DNA from: a virus
Strand: one strand, 5' to 3'
Length of the DNA: 64,000 nucleotides
Virus record (IMG/VR): IMGVR_UViG_3300027970_000012
Location: 27,445-91,444 of that record
Under the pieces are notes generated by a model. That model did not search any database. It had not been told where the DNA came from and saw only the letters and a list, made by a program, of their open reading frames with translations. Made by a program: the position numbers and the translations under genes. Below, piece by piece: positions 7,318 through 17,293 of this stretch. Numbering within the stretch: position 1 is the stretch's first letter; every line of letters begins with the position of its first letter.

Positions 7318-8022
7318 TCAGTCCTTCCGCAACCGATAAGGAATTGTGATTTCCTGCCATCTATTTTCTATTAGATTCAAGTATGAATCTTTACTACAGG
7401 TTCCCCAAGGATAATATCCCAATGACCATCCATCATTCACTTCTACTAAAAGCAAATCTGCATCTTTAGTATGACCAACATCAAGACTATACCCAATGGG
7501 AGAATCTTTGTAATCTTGAACAATTTGATTCACTTTAGATACATCAATTGTATCATTCGGGCCATCATCATACTGTGAGTATCCTAAAATTTTATTTTCA
7601 AGAACATAAAATCTAAATTCAGAGGTGAATTCTACTGGGTCAGATACCCACACTGAAGTGTCTGAATGTATTTCTAACTCTAATTCAGACTTAATATCTC
7701 CAGTAAAAGATTTATTTTCTTTTGGTTTAACGAAAAGATGGTCTTCTACTTCTCCAAATACAGAACTCCAAACATTTCGGTTTAAGTATTTCTGTAAAGA
7801 CTTTGGATAGTTGATTGGCTTAGGGCAGGTAATGTTCATTACTTCAAAATACTTCTGAACATACTCAACCGAGCCAATGGGTATGGGTAGATATTCCCCG
7901 ATGGATTTTGCATCCAAATCTTCATAAGAAATATAAGAGAAGCTATCACTTGCACTAGAAATAACTACAAATTTTTCTGTGGGTAATATATCTCCTGGCT
8001 GTAAAATATAACTAGACATCAT
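7318..8022 (-). CDS. ATP-grasp protein (DUF4343/R2K-like)
   Basis: GSVEY, YPKSLQKYLNR, FVKP..K.FTG, SEFRFYV, YSLDVG, LVEVNDGWSLGYY. Confidence 0.8.
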   Translation of the reverse strand: MMSSYILQPGDILPTEKFVVISSASDSFSYISYEDLDAKSIGEYLPIPIGSVEYVQKYFEVMNITCPKPINYPKSLQKYLNRNVWSSVFGEVEDHLFVKPKENKSFTGDIKSELELEIHSDTSVWVSDPVEFTSEFRFYVLENKILGYSQYDDGPNDTIDVSKVNQIVQDYKDSPIGYSLDVGHTKDADLLLVEVNDGWSLGYYPWGTCSKDSYLNLIENRWQEITIPYRLRKD

Positions 8023-8029
8023 CTACTCC

Positions 8030-8698
8030 TCAAAACTCAAAACTACTATCACTGTCTAATCCAATCCAGTATGTTAAATCATGATTTTGATTTCTAAATT
8101 CTGCTATCAATTCTTTAGAAACATTTACAATATAATTCCCAGGAATGATTTTAACATTCTCAATTTTAAAATTAAGAGAGAAGTCATCATTAGTTTCGCC
8201 TACCAATACTGCAACTTCATTTGAGGACGAGTTTTCTTTATCTCTCACCTTCACATTAATCTCACCATTCTCTCCTACAATAGATAGGTCAGGAAGAGAA
8301 AAAATATTGGAAGATTTTACAAGTTTTTCATATTGTTCGGTAGTCAACTCAAAAGAAACATCGGTTGAAGGAAGTTTGATGTCTCTATCTTCTGGATAGA
8401 AAATTAGAGACGGGTCAGTTAATCTATATGTAATTTTATGCCTGCCTTCTTTAATGATTACACAATTATTCTTACTAAAATCTAAACTTGGTTGGTCATA
8501 AATCTTGAGCCCATTCAAAAATTGATTTAGGTCATAGAGTGCAAAAGAAGTTTCAAATTCATCTCCAATCTTAGCCTTAGCAGCAATATTTCCAGAAACA
8601 GAGATAGTTCTGAGAACATTTCCTTCCCGAATATAAATGCTAGAATTGATTGCTGAGAAATTTCTCAGAATTGCAATTGTATTTGGAGAAATATTCAT
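8030..8698 (-). CDS. gp45: DNA polymerase sliding clamp
   Basis: LRNFSAINSSI, FALYDLNQFL, FKIENVKIIPGNY; 222 aa. Confidence 0.93.
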   Translation of the reverse strand: MNISPNTIAILRNFSAINSSIYIREGNVLRTISVSGNIAAKAKIGDEFETSFALYDLNQFLNGLKIYDQPSLDFSKNNCVIIKEGRHKITYRLTDPSLIFYPEDRDIKLPSTDVSFELTTEQYEKLVKSSNIFSLPDLSIVGENGEINVKVRDKENSSSNEVAVLVGETNDDFSLNFKIENVKIIPGNYIVNVSKELIAEFRNQNHDLTYWIGLDSDSSFEF

Positions 8699-9117
8699 AG
8701 TGGCTTAAACTCATCAAGGCCATTTTCAAGTCTAGAGTAATGCTCATCGAAATGCAACAACAACATTGCATAATGAATCACCTTCATAATATCTTTTTTA
8801 TTTCTCCCATTTTTCTCCCCATAACGAGAAGCATACTTAAGAATGGATGCTTGACAAAATGGTACTGCGAGATTCTTCACTCCCATAAGGTCTATAGTTT
8901 GGATATTCCTATCTTCAGTATCTGTCCCAGTGTAATGCCCACTATAAGTTGAAATTACGTAATCTTTAATATCCTTAAGAATTTTGTCCTCACTATACTT
9001 CCACATTGGAATATAAAATTCATTTGATATAGTGGGAGGTGCAGTATAATACTGTGAGCTTGTTCCCGAAAGTAAGATATCTGGGTTAGGATAGTCTCCT
9101 ATTGAGGCTTCGGTCAT
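8695..9117 (-). CDS. Conserved cyanomyophage hypothetical protein (DUF3310-like)
   Basis: KYSED..YV.STY.GHY, LKYASRYG.KNG, KVIHYAMLLL; usual position between gp46 and gp45. Confidence 0.7.
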   Translation of the reverse strand: MTEASIGDYPNPDILLSGTSSQYYTAPPTISNEFYIPMWKYSEDKILKDIKDYVISTYSGHYTGTDTEDRNIQTIDLMGVKNLAVPFCQASILKYASRYGEKNGRNKKDIMKVIHYAMLLLHFDEHYSRLENGLDEFKPL

Positions 9118-9139
9118 AATTTATCGTCGTAGTTAGTGT

Positions 9140-9168
9140 ATTTTACACAGTATTCACCGCTAAGTCAA
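9140..9168 (-). promoter_or_regulatory. Sigma70-type early promoter
   Basis: TTGACT-N17-TAAAAT with TGTG extension. Confidence 0.7.
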
Positions 9169-10872
9169 GATTTTAGAGAACCCATTTACCTTCTTAACTT
9201 CTAAAACTCTTTGAAATTTATCTTCAAATCCTTCTCGGTGAGAGATTACAAAGATATTGGAATTCACGATTACATAATTAATAATCTTAAGAAAGTCATC
9301 AATACCTGTTGCATCTAGAGAGGAGTCTAAAGTTTCATCAAAAAAGATAAGATTACAATTTGCACAATTCTTTAATCTACAAATTTCTCTCCAGGATAGA
9401 ATAGTTGCAAGATTGATTCTTTGCTTCTCTCCTTCTGAGAATGAGCTATATGAAAATCCTTCGTGTAGTGGAGTATTGATATTCTCTTTAAATTCCTCAT
9501 CCAAATTAAAATTAATATACATATCCATCAACTGTAAATATTTGTTAATTTGCTGATTGATAATTGGAATATACTGTTTGATAATCTTCGCCTTCACTCC
9601 ATCATCACGAAAGAGTAGATTAGAAAACTCAAAATAGTATAGTGCTTCCTGCGCCTTCTTATGCTGTGCTTCAAGTTTAGAGTGAGTCTTAAGTAAATCA
9701 AGTAATGTCGCCTCCTCAGAGCTTTGTGTGTCTAAACTGTGCCGAATTTCATCAATCTCCTGTTCTAACTCACGAATCTGTTTATTTACAATTCCAGTTT
9801 CATTCCGAATGTTTGATAGTTTGGAATTGAGTTGAGATATATTTGAGTTAATTTCATTAACTCTGCTTTGATTTTTTTCCTGTTCTTGAATTGTAAGCAA
9901 CAGTTCTTGATGTCCAGAGGAAATTGTCTCAAATTCAGAATTTAGTTCTTTAATTTTATTTTGAGTAAAGTCAACTTGTAGGTCCTGTTTGCAAGTTGGA
10001 CAAGTTGATTCCGAATGAAAGAATTCACGTTCTTTCATCAGATTTTCTAATTTTTGAGACAACTTACCTTCTAAGGATATAAATTTGTTGAGTGATGATG
10101 AAGAAAATGTGATTTCGGATAGAGAAGTTTGAACGAACTCAAGTTCAGTAAGAAGATTTTGTGAATTGGAGTCTAGTTCATCTCTATTCAAAATTAGTTG
10201 TTCAATTCTACTTTCTTTATCTTCAATTAACTTCAATCCATTTTGCTTGAGTTGTGAGATGAAGTTTCTCTGCATTCCTATCTTTTCAGATGTAGAAGTT
10301 TTAGCTACTTCAAATTCTTTTAACTTTAATGAAATATTTTTAACTTTAGTCTTAAGAATGGAACTCATTGTGGAGAAGATTTTAATGTCCAACAATTCTT
10401 CCACCAAATCTCTTCGGTCTGCAGCAGAGAGCTGCATAAAGGGAATGTAGTTATTACTTCCTAGAACAACAACTTGCATAAACGTCTTATACGTCATCTT
10501 GAGAATGTTAATCTCCAGATACTTTTGTTGGTCTTTCACTGCAGAAAGCTCATCCTGCAGCACATCATTGATATAAATTTGAAAAATATTTGGAGCAATA
10601 CCTCTTCTTATCAAGTATTCTTTACCATCTATTGAAAACTCAACTTCAACCAGACAATCTTTTTTATTCACAGTATTAACTAACTGCTTCTTTACCGTTC
10701 CCCGATTTGACTTACCATAAAGTCCAAAAATTAAAGCAGTAATAATTAGGCTTTTACCTTGGCCAGAATTTCCTCGGATAAGTGTGGTTGAATTTAAATT
10801 AAAATCTATCTCTGTGAACTGATTTCCTGATGAAAGAATATTTTTATATCTAAGTTTTTTTATGAGCAGCAT
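9160..10872 (-). CDS. gp46: Recombination endonuclease ATPase subunit (Rad50/SbcC-like)
   Basis: Walker A GNSGQGKS, zinc hook CPTC, signature FSEGEK, DETLDSSLD, VISH. Confidence 0.95.
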   Translation of the reverse strand: MLLIKKLRYKNILSSGNQFTEIDFNLNSTTLIRGNSGQGKSLIITALIFGLYGKSNRGTVKKQLVNTVNKKDCLVEVEFSIDGKEYLIRRGIAPNIFQIYINDVLQDELSAVKDQQKYLEINILKMTYKTFMQVVVLGSNNYIPFMQLSAADRRDLVEELLDIKIFSTMSSILKTKVKNISLKLKEFEVAKTSTSEKIGMQRNFISQLKQNGLKLIEDKESRIEQLILNRDELDSNSQNLLTELEFVQTSLSEITFSSSSLNKFISLEGKLSQKLENLMKEREFFHSESTCPTCKQDLQVDFTQNKIKELNSEFETISSGHQELLLTIQEQEKNQSRVNEINSNISQLNSKLSNIRNETGIVNKQIRELEQEIDEIRHSLDTQSSEEATLLDLLKTHSKLEAQHKKAQEALYYFEFSNLLFRDDGVKAKIIKQYIPIINQQINKYLQLMDMYINFNLDEEFKENINTPLHEGFSYSSFSEGEKQRINLATILSWREICRLKNCANCNLIFFDETLDSSLDATGIDDFLKIINYVIVNSNIFVISHREGFEDKFQRVLEVKKVNGFSKILT

Positions 10873-11128
10873 CTTGTTTGGGTGGAATCACAACATCATC
10901 TTTTCCGATAATCACATAATTATAATTATACATCTCACAGGTTTTCGTTGCAATATCATTTGCAACCTCTACTACGTGAAGCTCAGGATAATCATCTGCT
11001 TCAAGTAGTCCAGCGTATCTTTCTGCATCATCATATTCCTCAAAGAAGTATATCACTTTGTCTCCATATTTGTCAAGTACGCAGAAGGCTCCTTCTCTAG
11101 CTTCCTCTGTAAGATTTAAAATAAACAA
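10850..11128 (-). CDS. Conserved cyanomyophage hypothetical protein
   Basis: FEEYDDAERYA..L motif; usual position between gp47 and gp46. Confidence 0.75.
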   Translation of the reverse strand: MFILNLTEEAREGAFCVLDKYGDKVIYFFEEYDDAERYAGLLEADDYPELHVVEVANDIATKTCEMYNYNYVIIGKDDVVIPPKQDAAHKKT

Positions 11129-11132
11129 CGTA

Positions 11133-12179
11133 TCATACCTCCAATTCTAACGCTTCTTTATAGACATCAAGAATCACTTTCTTAACAAATTCTTTATTTA
11201 AACTGAAATCTGAATTATCAATATATTTATGTAAAATTGATAAAGTGTCTTCAATTTCAATTTCTGAAATATCTACTTCAGTATCATCATATGTTTCCGT
11301 ATTCACGATTTTTAAATCAATAATATCCAACTCAAGTAATTTTGAAACTAGTGAATTATATTGAGATTCATTTGTCTTTTTATTAACGACTAATTTTAGA
11401 TATTTTCCCGATAATTCTGCTGAATCATAATCTTCAATTGCACTATCGCTATAGTGAACTTTCTTATATAACTCATGAGGATTTTTGATGAACTCTAAAT
11501 CATATGTCCTCAGATTGAAAATATTAAATCCTCGTTCATCATTCACATCTCCCCAGAACATCTGATATGGATTTCCTAGATAATGCAATTTACCATTATT
11601 ACTTCGGGTATGAAAATGCCCAGAGAATACTCTATCAAATTTATTGAATAAATTTCCATCTAATCCAGTAGTGCATATTTGACCTGGAAATAGAGTAAAT
11701 CCCGATACTTCTAGATGCCCAAATGCTAATTTAGCTTCCGTAGCTTGCATTAGTCTAAATGTTTCCTCTTGATTATCCTTACAAATCCAAGGAATAAAGA
11801 ATATTTCCACTCCGTCAATAATATAAGTAGAGGGTTTTGTAATGGGAATCACGTTATCATAATCACGAAGAAGTGTGTCTATTGCATTGTGCTGATTCGT
11901 TGATTTTAGCTGTGTGTCGTGATTACCACAGATTTGGTACACTGTTATCCCCAGAGATTTAAACCTGTCGTAGACGTGCTCCTGAGCCCACCTGAGGCCC
12001 CAATAATCAATGCCCTTTCTATTGTCAAACGCATCTCCCAAATGAATAACGGTTTTAATATTCCTCTCAATCAATTCTGGAAAAAATACATTTTCATAAA
12101 ACTTTTGAAAGTAATTATGAAAGATTTGATTTGAATTTTTAAACGAAATATGAGTATCTGTTATACATCCAATGTTCAT
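11133..12179 (-). CDS. gp47: Recombination nuclease subunit (Mre11/SbcD-like)
   Basis: TDTH, HLGDAFDNRK, GNHD, SGHFH, YLGNPY. Confidence 0.95.
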   Translation of the reverse strand: MNIGCITDTHISFKNSNQIFHNYFQKFYENVFFPELIERNIKTVIHLGDAFDNRKGIDYWGLRWAQEHVYDRFKSLGITVYQICGNHDTQLKSTNQHNAIDTLLRDYDNVIPITKPSTYIIDGVEIFFIPWICKDNQEETFRLMQATEAKLAFGHLEVSGFTLFPGQICTTGLDGNLFNKFDRVFSGHFHTRSNNGKLHYLGNPYQMFWGDVNDERGFNIFNLRTYDLEFIKNPHELYKKVHYSDSAIEDYDSAELSGKYLKLVVNKKTNESQYNSLVSKLLELDIIDLKIVNTETYDDTEVDISEIEIEDTLSILHKYIDNSDFSLNKEFVKKVILDVYKEALELEV

Positions 12180-12181
12180 AA

Positions 12182-12670
12182 TTAAGAATACTTCGTCTGA
12201 ACTGCATCCTTTATTGAGTTGTAATCTGAGCTGGAAAAGTTTTCATCTGCAGTGAACACTTCATCAAATTGACTACGTTCAATAATTTTATCTTTAATCT
12301 CCATTTGCTTTTTCTCTCTTCCTATTCTTCTCAGAAAAGCATAATAACAAATCTGTGTAAAGTATGCAAATGGATTCATCTTACCTCCAGTTTTAGGACT
12401 GGTGTAATCTGGGTCAAAATTATGAATATAAGTTAGTTGATTTTCAACCGCATCCGATACCATATCATCCCGATATTGATAATTGCAGAAATTGGGTCGG
12501 TATGATAAATGCGTTGCTATTTTTAGAAAACAACTTCCCAAATACTTAGATACAACAGGCTTATCTGTGCCTGCTTCCTTCGCACGAGTACACAGAATCT
12601 TATACTCCACAAGAGCTTGATAGAATTCTTTATTATTTACGTAATGCTCGGTCTTTTCTCTTTTTGCCAT
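12182..12670 (-). CDS. gp55: Late transcription sigma factor
   Basis: HYVNNKEF, HLSYRPNF, NPFAYFTQICYYAFLRRI. Confidence 0.95.
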   Translation of the reverse strand: MAKREKTEHYVNNKEFYQALVEYKILCTRAKEAGTDKPVVSKYLGSCFLKIATHLSYRPNFCNYQYRDDMVSDAVENQLTYIHNFDPDYTSPKTGGKMNPFAYFTQICYYAFLRRIGREKKQMEIKDKIIERSQFDEVFTADENFSSSDYNSIKDAVQTKYS

Positions 12671-12734
12671 TTTAAAAAATATTAATATACAAAACTATAT
12701 CATATTCGTCAATCAATGTATAGAATTGAATTTC

Positions 12735-12762
12735 TTGACTTAACTTTCAGAACTGCTATAAT
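12735..12762 (+). promoter_or_regulatory. Sigma70-like promoter oriented antisense to the gene block
   Basis: TTGACT-N16-TATAAT with extended -10 TG. Confidence 0.5.
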
Positions 12763-12802
12763 AAATCTGTTGGTTTCAAGCCTATCTAGAACTTATAGAG
12801 TA

Positions 12803-13207
12803 CTAGAGTGTTGGTTCAGGAGTTGAGTTATAAGACTTCTCTAGTCTTTCTCTTGCGTCTGAGACTGTAGCAACGTATCCCATATCAGAATTGAGTTTAG
12901 TTCTACTCGTTACTTTATTGTGCTCCCTAGTGTATCTCTGATGCATCTGAATGAGAGTTTCATCCTTAACCTGAGTCATTGTGATGATTTTATCTCTATT
13001 GATGATAAATGTGGTGTCCAATGTTAATTTCATCCACGGTGTAACTTGTGCAATAGGCCCTCCAAGTTTAGGAGAAAATCTAGTTTCAACAAAAATTGGA
13101 TGGTCTAATACAACTAAGACTTCATCATTCTCTTCAAATCCACATACTTTAGAAAATATTTCCTCTCCTGAGACTAATTTTAGTGACGCATAAAACTCTT
13201 CATTCAT
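12803..13207 (-). CDS. Conserved cyanomyophage Sm-like protein
   Basis: FYASLKLVSGEEIFS, PWM motif; between uvsW and gp55. Confidence 0.75.
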   Translation of the reverse strand: MNEEFYASLKLVSGEEIFSKVCGFEENDEVLVVLDHPIFVETRFSPKLGGPIAQVTPWMKLTLDTTFIINRDKIITMTQVKDETLIQMHQRYTREHNKVTSRTKLNSDMGYVATVSDARERLEKSYNSTPEPTL

Positions 13208-14684
13208 TTGGCTTCTCCTGAAATTTTATTTTATGAATTTGATAATTAAAATTCTCTTCATTATAAATTTTAACTCTTTCTATCAAGTGATTTAATGTAT
13301 AGTTTTTTCGGTTTTGATTAGACATATCATCTGCAATATCATATAAGATTGCTTTATTCTTTGTATCTGATTTTCTTAGAACTCTTCCAATACTTTGTAG
13401 ATTTCTTATTTTGGATTTAAATGGACTGGCGAAAATTAAATTATTCAAATTTTTAATTGAAATTCCAGTGCTAAAAACTCCATATGAAGCTACAATGATT
13501 GCATTATTCTGAGTTTCAGTGATTTCTCTTATATGCTCTCTATGTTCAGTATCAACTCCACCGTGAACAAAAAATACTTTTCGTTCATCATTTATAACTG
13601 AACTATTTATTAAATCAAAGAGAATTTGTCCGTGAGTTTCTACTCTTGAAAATAGAATTAATGTATTTCCAGTTAAGTCTAAGGTTAAGTTTTTAATAAA
13701 TTGATTTCGTTTTTCGTGAGTGATAATGTATTGAACTTCATCCTCATAAGTTTCAAAGGATTTCTTACCGTGTTCCAAAATTAAAATATTAATTTGAAGC
13801 TTAGCAATGGTTCCTTTATGCATAAGTTCATCAGTACGAATCACCTTATACACAGGCCCAAATAGACCTTCTAGTGTCCAGATATGAACCTTCTCTGGTT
13901 GAGTTGTTCCCGTCATACCAAATCTATATTTCACATCGCACATCTTATGTAAAATTCCACAAATAGACGCAGATTTTGCTGTGTGTGCCTCGTCTACAAT
14001 CACTACATCAAATTGCTCAAAGTAAGATTTTGACATATCAGAAATACTCTGATACGTTGAAATCATCACAGAATCATTCGTATCTTTGGCTCTTCCTCCA
14101 TACACTCTATGAATTGGAATGTTTTCATCCCAACCATAATTCATAAAGTCTTTATACCCCTGTTCTATCAAAGAAGTTGTGGGACATATGATGAGAACTC
14201 TCAATCCTTGTTCTACGTAATATCGTGTGATACAGTATGATATGATAGTTTTTCCAGATGATGTAGGAGAAACTAACAATTTCCGATTATGTCTAAGTGC
14301 CTGATATACTGCTTCAATTTGATATTCACGAACTTCAAAACTTGGATTCAGAATTCTTTTAATGTATGTTTCTACTCCAGCTTCAGAAATCATCTCATTT
14401 TCATCATATGGAAGACCATAGAATTTGCTATCCTCAAATTCATATGAGAAATCACAAATCTTAATCTTTTCTATGAGTTTATCTAAAAGCCCAATATAAA
14501 GTTCTCCAGTATGTGTGGAGAGCATTCGCACTTTTCCATCCCAATGCTTATACCTAGAGCTTTTCATAAATTTGGCTTCTGGAACTTCAAACTCAAAGTA
14601 TGGGGCGAGTTCATATAAAATATGTGGCTCACAATGAAGCTTTAGATAAACTTCATTTTTCTTCTTAATGATAATGTCACTCAT
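13200..14684 (-). CDS. uvsW: RNA-DNA and DNA-DNA helicase UvsW
   Basis: SPTSSGKT, DEAH, GMTGT, QSIGRVLR. Confidence 0.95.
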   Translation of the reverse strand: MSDIIIKKKNEVYLKLHCEPHILYELAPYFEFEVPEAKFMKSSRYKHWDGKVRMLSTHTGELYIGLLDKLIEKIKICDFSYEFEDSKFYGLPYDENEMISEAGVETYIKRILNPSFEVREYQIEAVYQALRHNRKLLVSPTSSGKTIISYCITRYYVEQGLRVLIICPTTSLIEQGYKDFMNYGWDENIPIHRVYGGRAKDTNDSVMISTYQSISDMSKSYFEQFDVVIVDEAHTAKSASICGILHKMCDVKYRFGMTGTTQPEKVHIWTLEGLFGPVYKVIRTDELMHKGTIAKLQINILILEHGKKSFETYEDEVQYIITHEKRNQFIKNLTLDLTGNTLILFSRVETHGQILFDLINSSVINDERKVFFVHGGVDTEHREHIREITETQNNAIIVASYGVFSTGISIKNLNNLIFASPFKSKIRNLQSIGRVLRKSDTKNKAILYDIADDMSNQNRKNYTLNHLIERVKIYNEENFNYQIHKIKFQEKPNE

Positions 14685-14685
14685 A

Positions 14686-15114
14686 TTAACTAAATCCTGC
14701 TTGGAATTTCATTACGTCTATGCTATTCTTGATTTGAAAGCTTCGGTTCTCAATATTCTTAATAATGCTTTCCAAAAATTTCAACATAATATTATAGTAT
14801 TGAAGTTTCGAATTTGACCGAATCAATTCAGCATCAGAATCCATATACTTATCTAGGTCTGATTTTAATACTTTGTAATCAAATGGATTTTCTTTATAGA
14901 CTTCTGGACTAGCTTTTCCAGAATAATACAGCCATTTTTCTTTATGTAGTTCTGCGCAATTTGCCTCCTCTTTAATGCGAAGAAGATATAAATTATTGTA
15001 TATTTGAAAATATTTTGAATGTAATAGTGGTATTCTAATACTCTCTAGATGAAGATTATCTGGGTCAATGATACTATCTTCACGCCACTGAGTTTCAATT
15101 TCAGATAAATTCAT
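14686..15114 (-). CDS. uvsY: Recombination mediator UvsY
   Basis: IP.LHSKY, YYSGKA, R.FQIKN.I. Confidence 0.92.
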   Translation of the reverse strand: MNLSEIETQWREDSIIDPDNLHLESIRIPLLHSKYFQIYNNLYLLRIKEEANCAELHKEKWLYYSGKASPEVYKENPFDYKVLKSDLDKYMDSDAELIRSNSKLQYYNIMLKFLESIIKNIENRSFQIKNSIDVMKFQAGFS

Positions 15115-15136
15115 AATATTCTGACCTTAAACTCAT

Positions 15137-15165
15137 ATTATATCATCAATTCTCAATTCTTTCAA
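15137..15165 (-). promoter_or_regulatory. Sigma70-type promoter for uvsY
   Basis: TTGAAA-N17-TATAAT with extended TG. Confidence 0.65.
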
Positions 15166-15694
15166 TATCATAGATGGTATATTTAAACACTGCCTGAGCC
15201 TCTAGATATGTGATATCAGTTTCTTTAGTATTAAATTCTGGAGCAGATAAGGAAACTGGAAATAAATCTTTGAAGTTTACTTGAATATTTGGTCTATAAT
15301 TGCTATTGTAAATGATGAGAGTTCCATCACTCATTCCTGAGATTGCAGTTTGTTTTCCTGTATTATACTCCTCAGAGTCCAATAAGTCTTGATACTGCCG
15401 AGCAGACTCTGGAAAGCCAAATTGAGTTAACCAAGTATGATTTTCAATATAATTGTCCATATTCTCATCAATCATATATTTGATAACTAAGTCATCAAAT
15501 GATAGAGTTTCTCCTGGAATGGGAATATTTTTCAGATATGTTGCTTGTATTGCTACTCCTAAATTGATTCCTGGAATCTGAGCTTGATTGCAAAAGAAAT
15601 CTAATTTTGGTTTTTTTGATAGAATGAATTTGAATCCAGTTGGAGATAGAAAATTCTTGTTTTCAATCTGACCTCCCCAAGAAAAACTAGACAT
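15146..15694 (-). CDS. gp3: Tail tube terminator / tail completion protein
   Basis: NFLSPTGFKF, IPGINLG, FKDLFPVSLS. Confidence 0.9.
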   Translation of the reverse strand: MSSFSWGGQIENKNFLSPTGFKFILSKKPKLDFFCNQAQIPGINLGVAIQATYLKNIPIPGETLSFDDLVIKYMIDENMDNYIENHTWLTQFGFPESARQYQDLLDSEEYNTGKQTAISGMSDGTLIIYNSNYRPNIQVNFKDLFPVSLSAPEFNTKETDITYLEAQAVFKYTIYDIERIEN

Positions 15695-15737
15695 AGTATA
15701 AAATTCGTAGTATAGTATTTAGAGAACAGGCCTAAGA

Positions 15738-17246
15738 ATGTCCATTAAATTACTACCTCTCATACAAGCACATTGGGAGAAGTCTAAATTTATATCGTTA
15801 TCAAAAAATTTAAGTCTGGTCAACTTAATTAAAGCCGAAACGAGCTTCTTAGATAAAATCTACTCTCAAATTTCATTAAGAACCCGAGCATATGTAATAC
15901 AAAACCAAATCACTTTAGCTACACTACCCAAATGTAAGTGTGAATGTGGAAAATACGCAGGAATCAATCATACAAATCCCGAATTAGGATTTCGCTTATA
16001 TTATAATGTAACTTGCTCTCGTAGAAATAAAACTATAGATAAAGAGATTCTCAAGAAGCTTGATGATTATCAATTTTTATATGATGAGAAAATAACAAAA
16101 AACAAGTCTATAGAACAAATTGCTTCCGAAAATAACGTTTCCATCACTCCAGTAGTTAAATATTTGAAAAAATATGAACTATATCAACTAAATGATGCAA
16201 GAAGAAGAAACAATAAGGCAAATATAGTTCTTGAAGATAAGAAAGAATTGGAGTTATTATATGCTACCAATACAATGGAGAACATTGCTGAAACTCTAGG
16301 AACTACGAAAGGAACTGTTTCCCGATGGTTTAAAGTTCATGCCATTTCAGCAAAGCCTACAAATTCATACGAGAGAAAAATCAAAAGAGTCTCAGGAGAG
16401 GAGATGGAACTCTACGATTACATAAAGAGTATATCTTCATATGAAGTATTTCAATCTAATCGCTCAATTCTAAATGGAAAAGAATTAGATATCTACATTC
16501 CAGATAAAAACTTAGCAATTGAATATAATGGTCTTTATAGTCATTATTATAGACCTTGGGAAGACTCCTCAGGATTAAGAAAGGATAGTAGTTATCATTT
16601 ATGGAAAACTGAGGAATGTGCAAAACAGAATATACAATTACTACAATTCTATAGCGATGAATGGAAATTTAAAAAATCAATCGTACAAAATATCATAACG
16701 TCTAAACTCGGACTCAATGATAGAATTTATGCAAGAAAATGTGAAATAGTATTAGTGGACACATATACTAAAAATGAATTTCTAAATGAATATCATATTC
16801 AGGGTGAAGATAAGAGTTCAATAAAGTTAGGTCTTACATATGAAAATACTCTAGTTGCGATTATGACTTTTGCTAAATCTAGATTTAATTCAAATTATAC
16901 TTGGGAACTAACTCGGTTTTGTGTGAAAGGAGGAACTAGTGTGATTGGTGGATTTAGTAAATTATTAAAAAGCTTTACAAATGAGCACGGAACTTCTATT
17001 ATATCTTATGCGGATAGAAGATATTCAAATGGAAATGTCTATGAAACAAATGGATTCAATTTAATTGCGACAAATAAGCCATCATATTATTATGTGGATA
17101 AGAATCATCTTCGTAGAATAAATCGTATGAGATTTCAGAGAAAATATATTGGTGCTTATGACTGTACCGAATATGAAAAAGCTAGAGAACTGGGATATGA
17201 AAAAATCTGGGATTGTGGAACCTTAAGATACGGATTTTCCCAATAA
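15738..17246 (+). CDS. Hef-like free-standing homing endonuclease
   Basis: Tandem HTH repeats, ELDIYIPDKNLAIEYNGLY, IYARKC, WELTRF, SYADRRYSNG, IWDCG; the only long + strand gene. Confidence 0.8.
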   Translation: MSIKLLPLIQAHWEKSKFISLSKNLSLVNLIKAETSFLDKIYSQISLRTRAYVIQNQITLATLPKCKCECGKYAGINHTNPELGFRLYYNVTCSRRNKTIDKEILKKLDDYQFLYDEKITKNKSIEQIASENNVSITPVVKYLKKYELYQLNDARRRNNKANIVLEDKKELELLYATNTMENIAETLGTTKGTVSRWFKVHAISAKPTNSYERKIKRVSGEEMELYDYIKSISSYEVFQSNRSILNGKELDIYIPDKNLAIEYNGLYSHYYRPWEDSSGLRKDSSYHLWKTEECAKQNIQLLQFYSDEWKFKKSIVQNIITSKLGLNDRIYARKCEIVLVDTYTKNEFLNEYHIQGEDKSSIKLGLTYENTLVAIMTFAKSRFNSNYTWELTRFCVKGGTSVIGGFSKLLKSFTNEHGTSIISYADRRYSNGNVYETNGFNLIATNKPSYYYVDKNHLRRINRMRFQRKYIGAYDCTEYEKARELGYEKIWDCGTLRYGFSQ

Positions 17247-17270
17247 AAAAGGAACCTTTCGGCTCCTTAA
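17245..17270. terminator. Terminator hairpin between convergent gp23 and endonuclease genes
   Basis: AAGGAGCC-GAAA-GGTTCCTTTTTT on the - strand. Confidence 0.75.
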
Positions 17271-17293
17271 ACATTCCAACCAAAGATTGGGTA

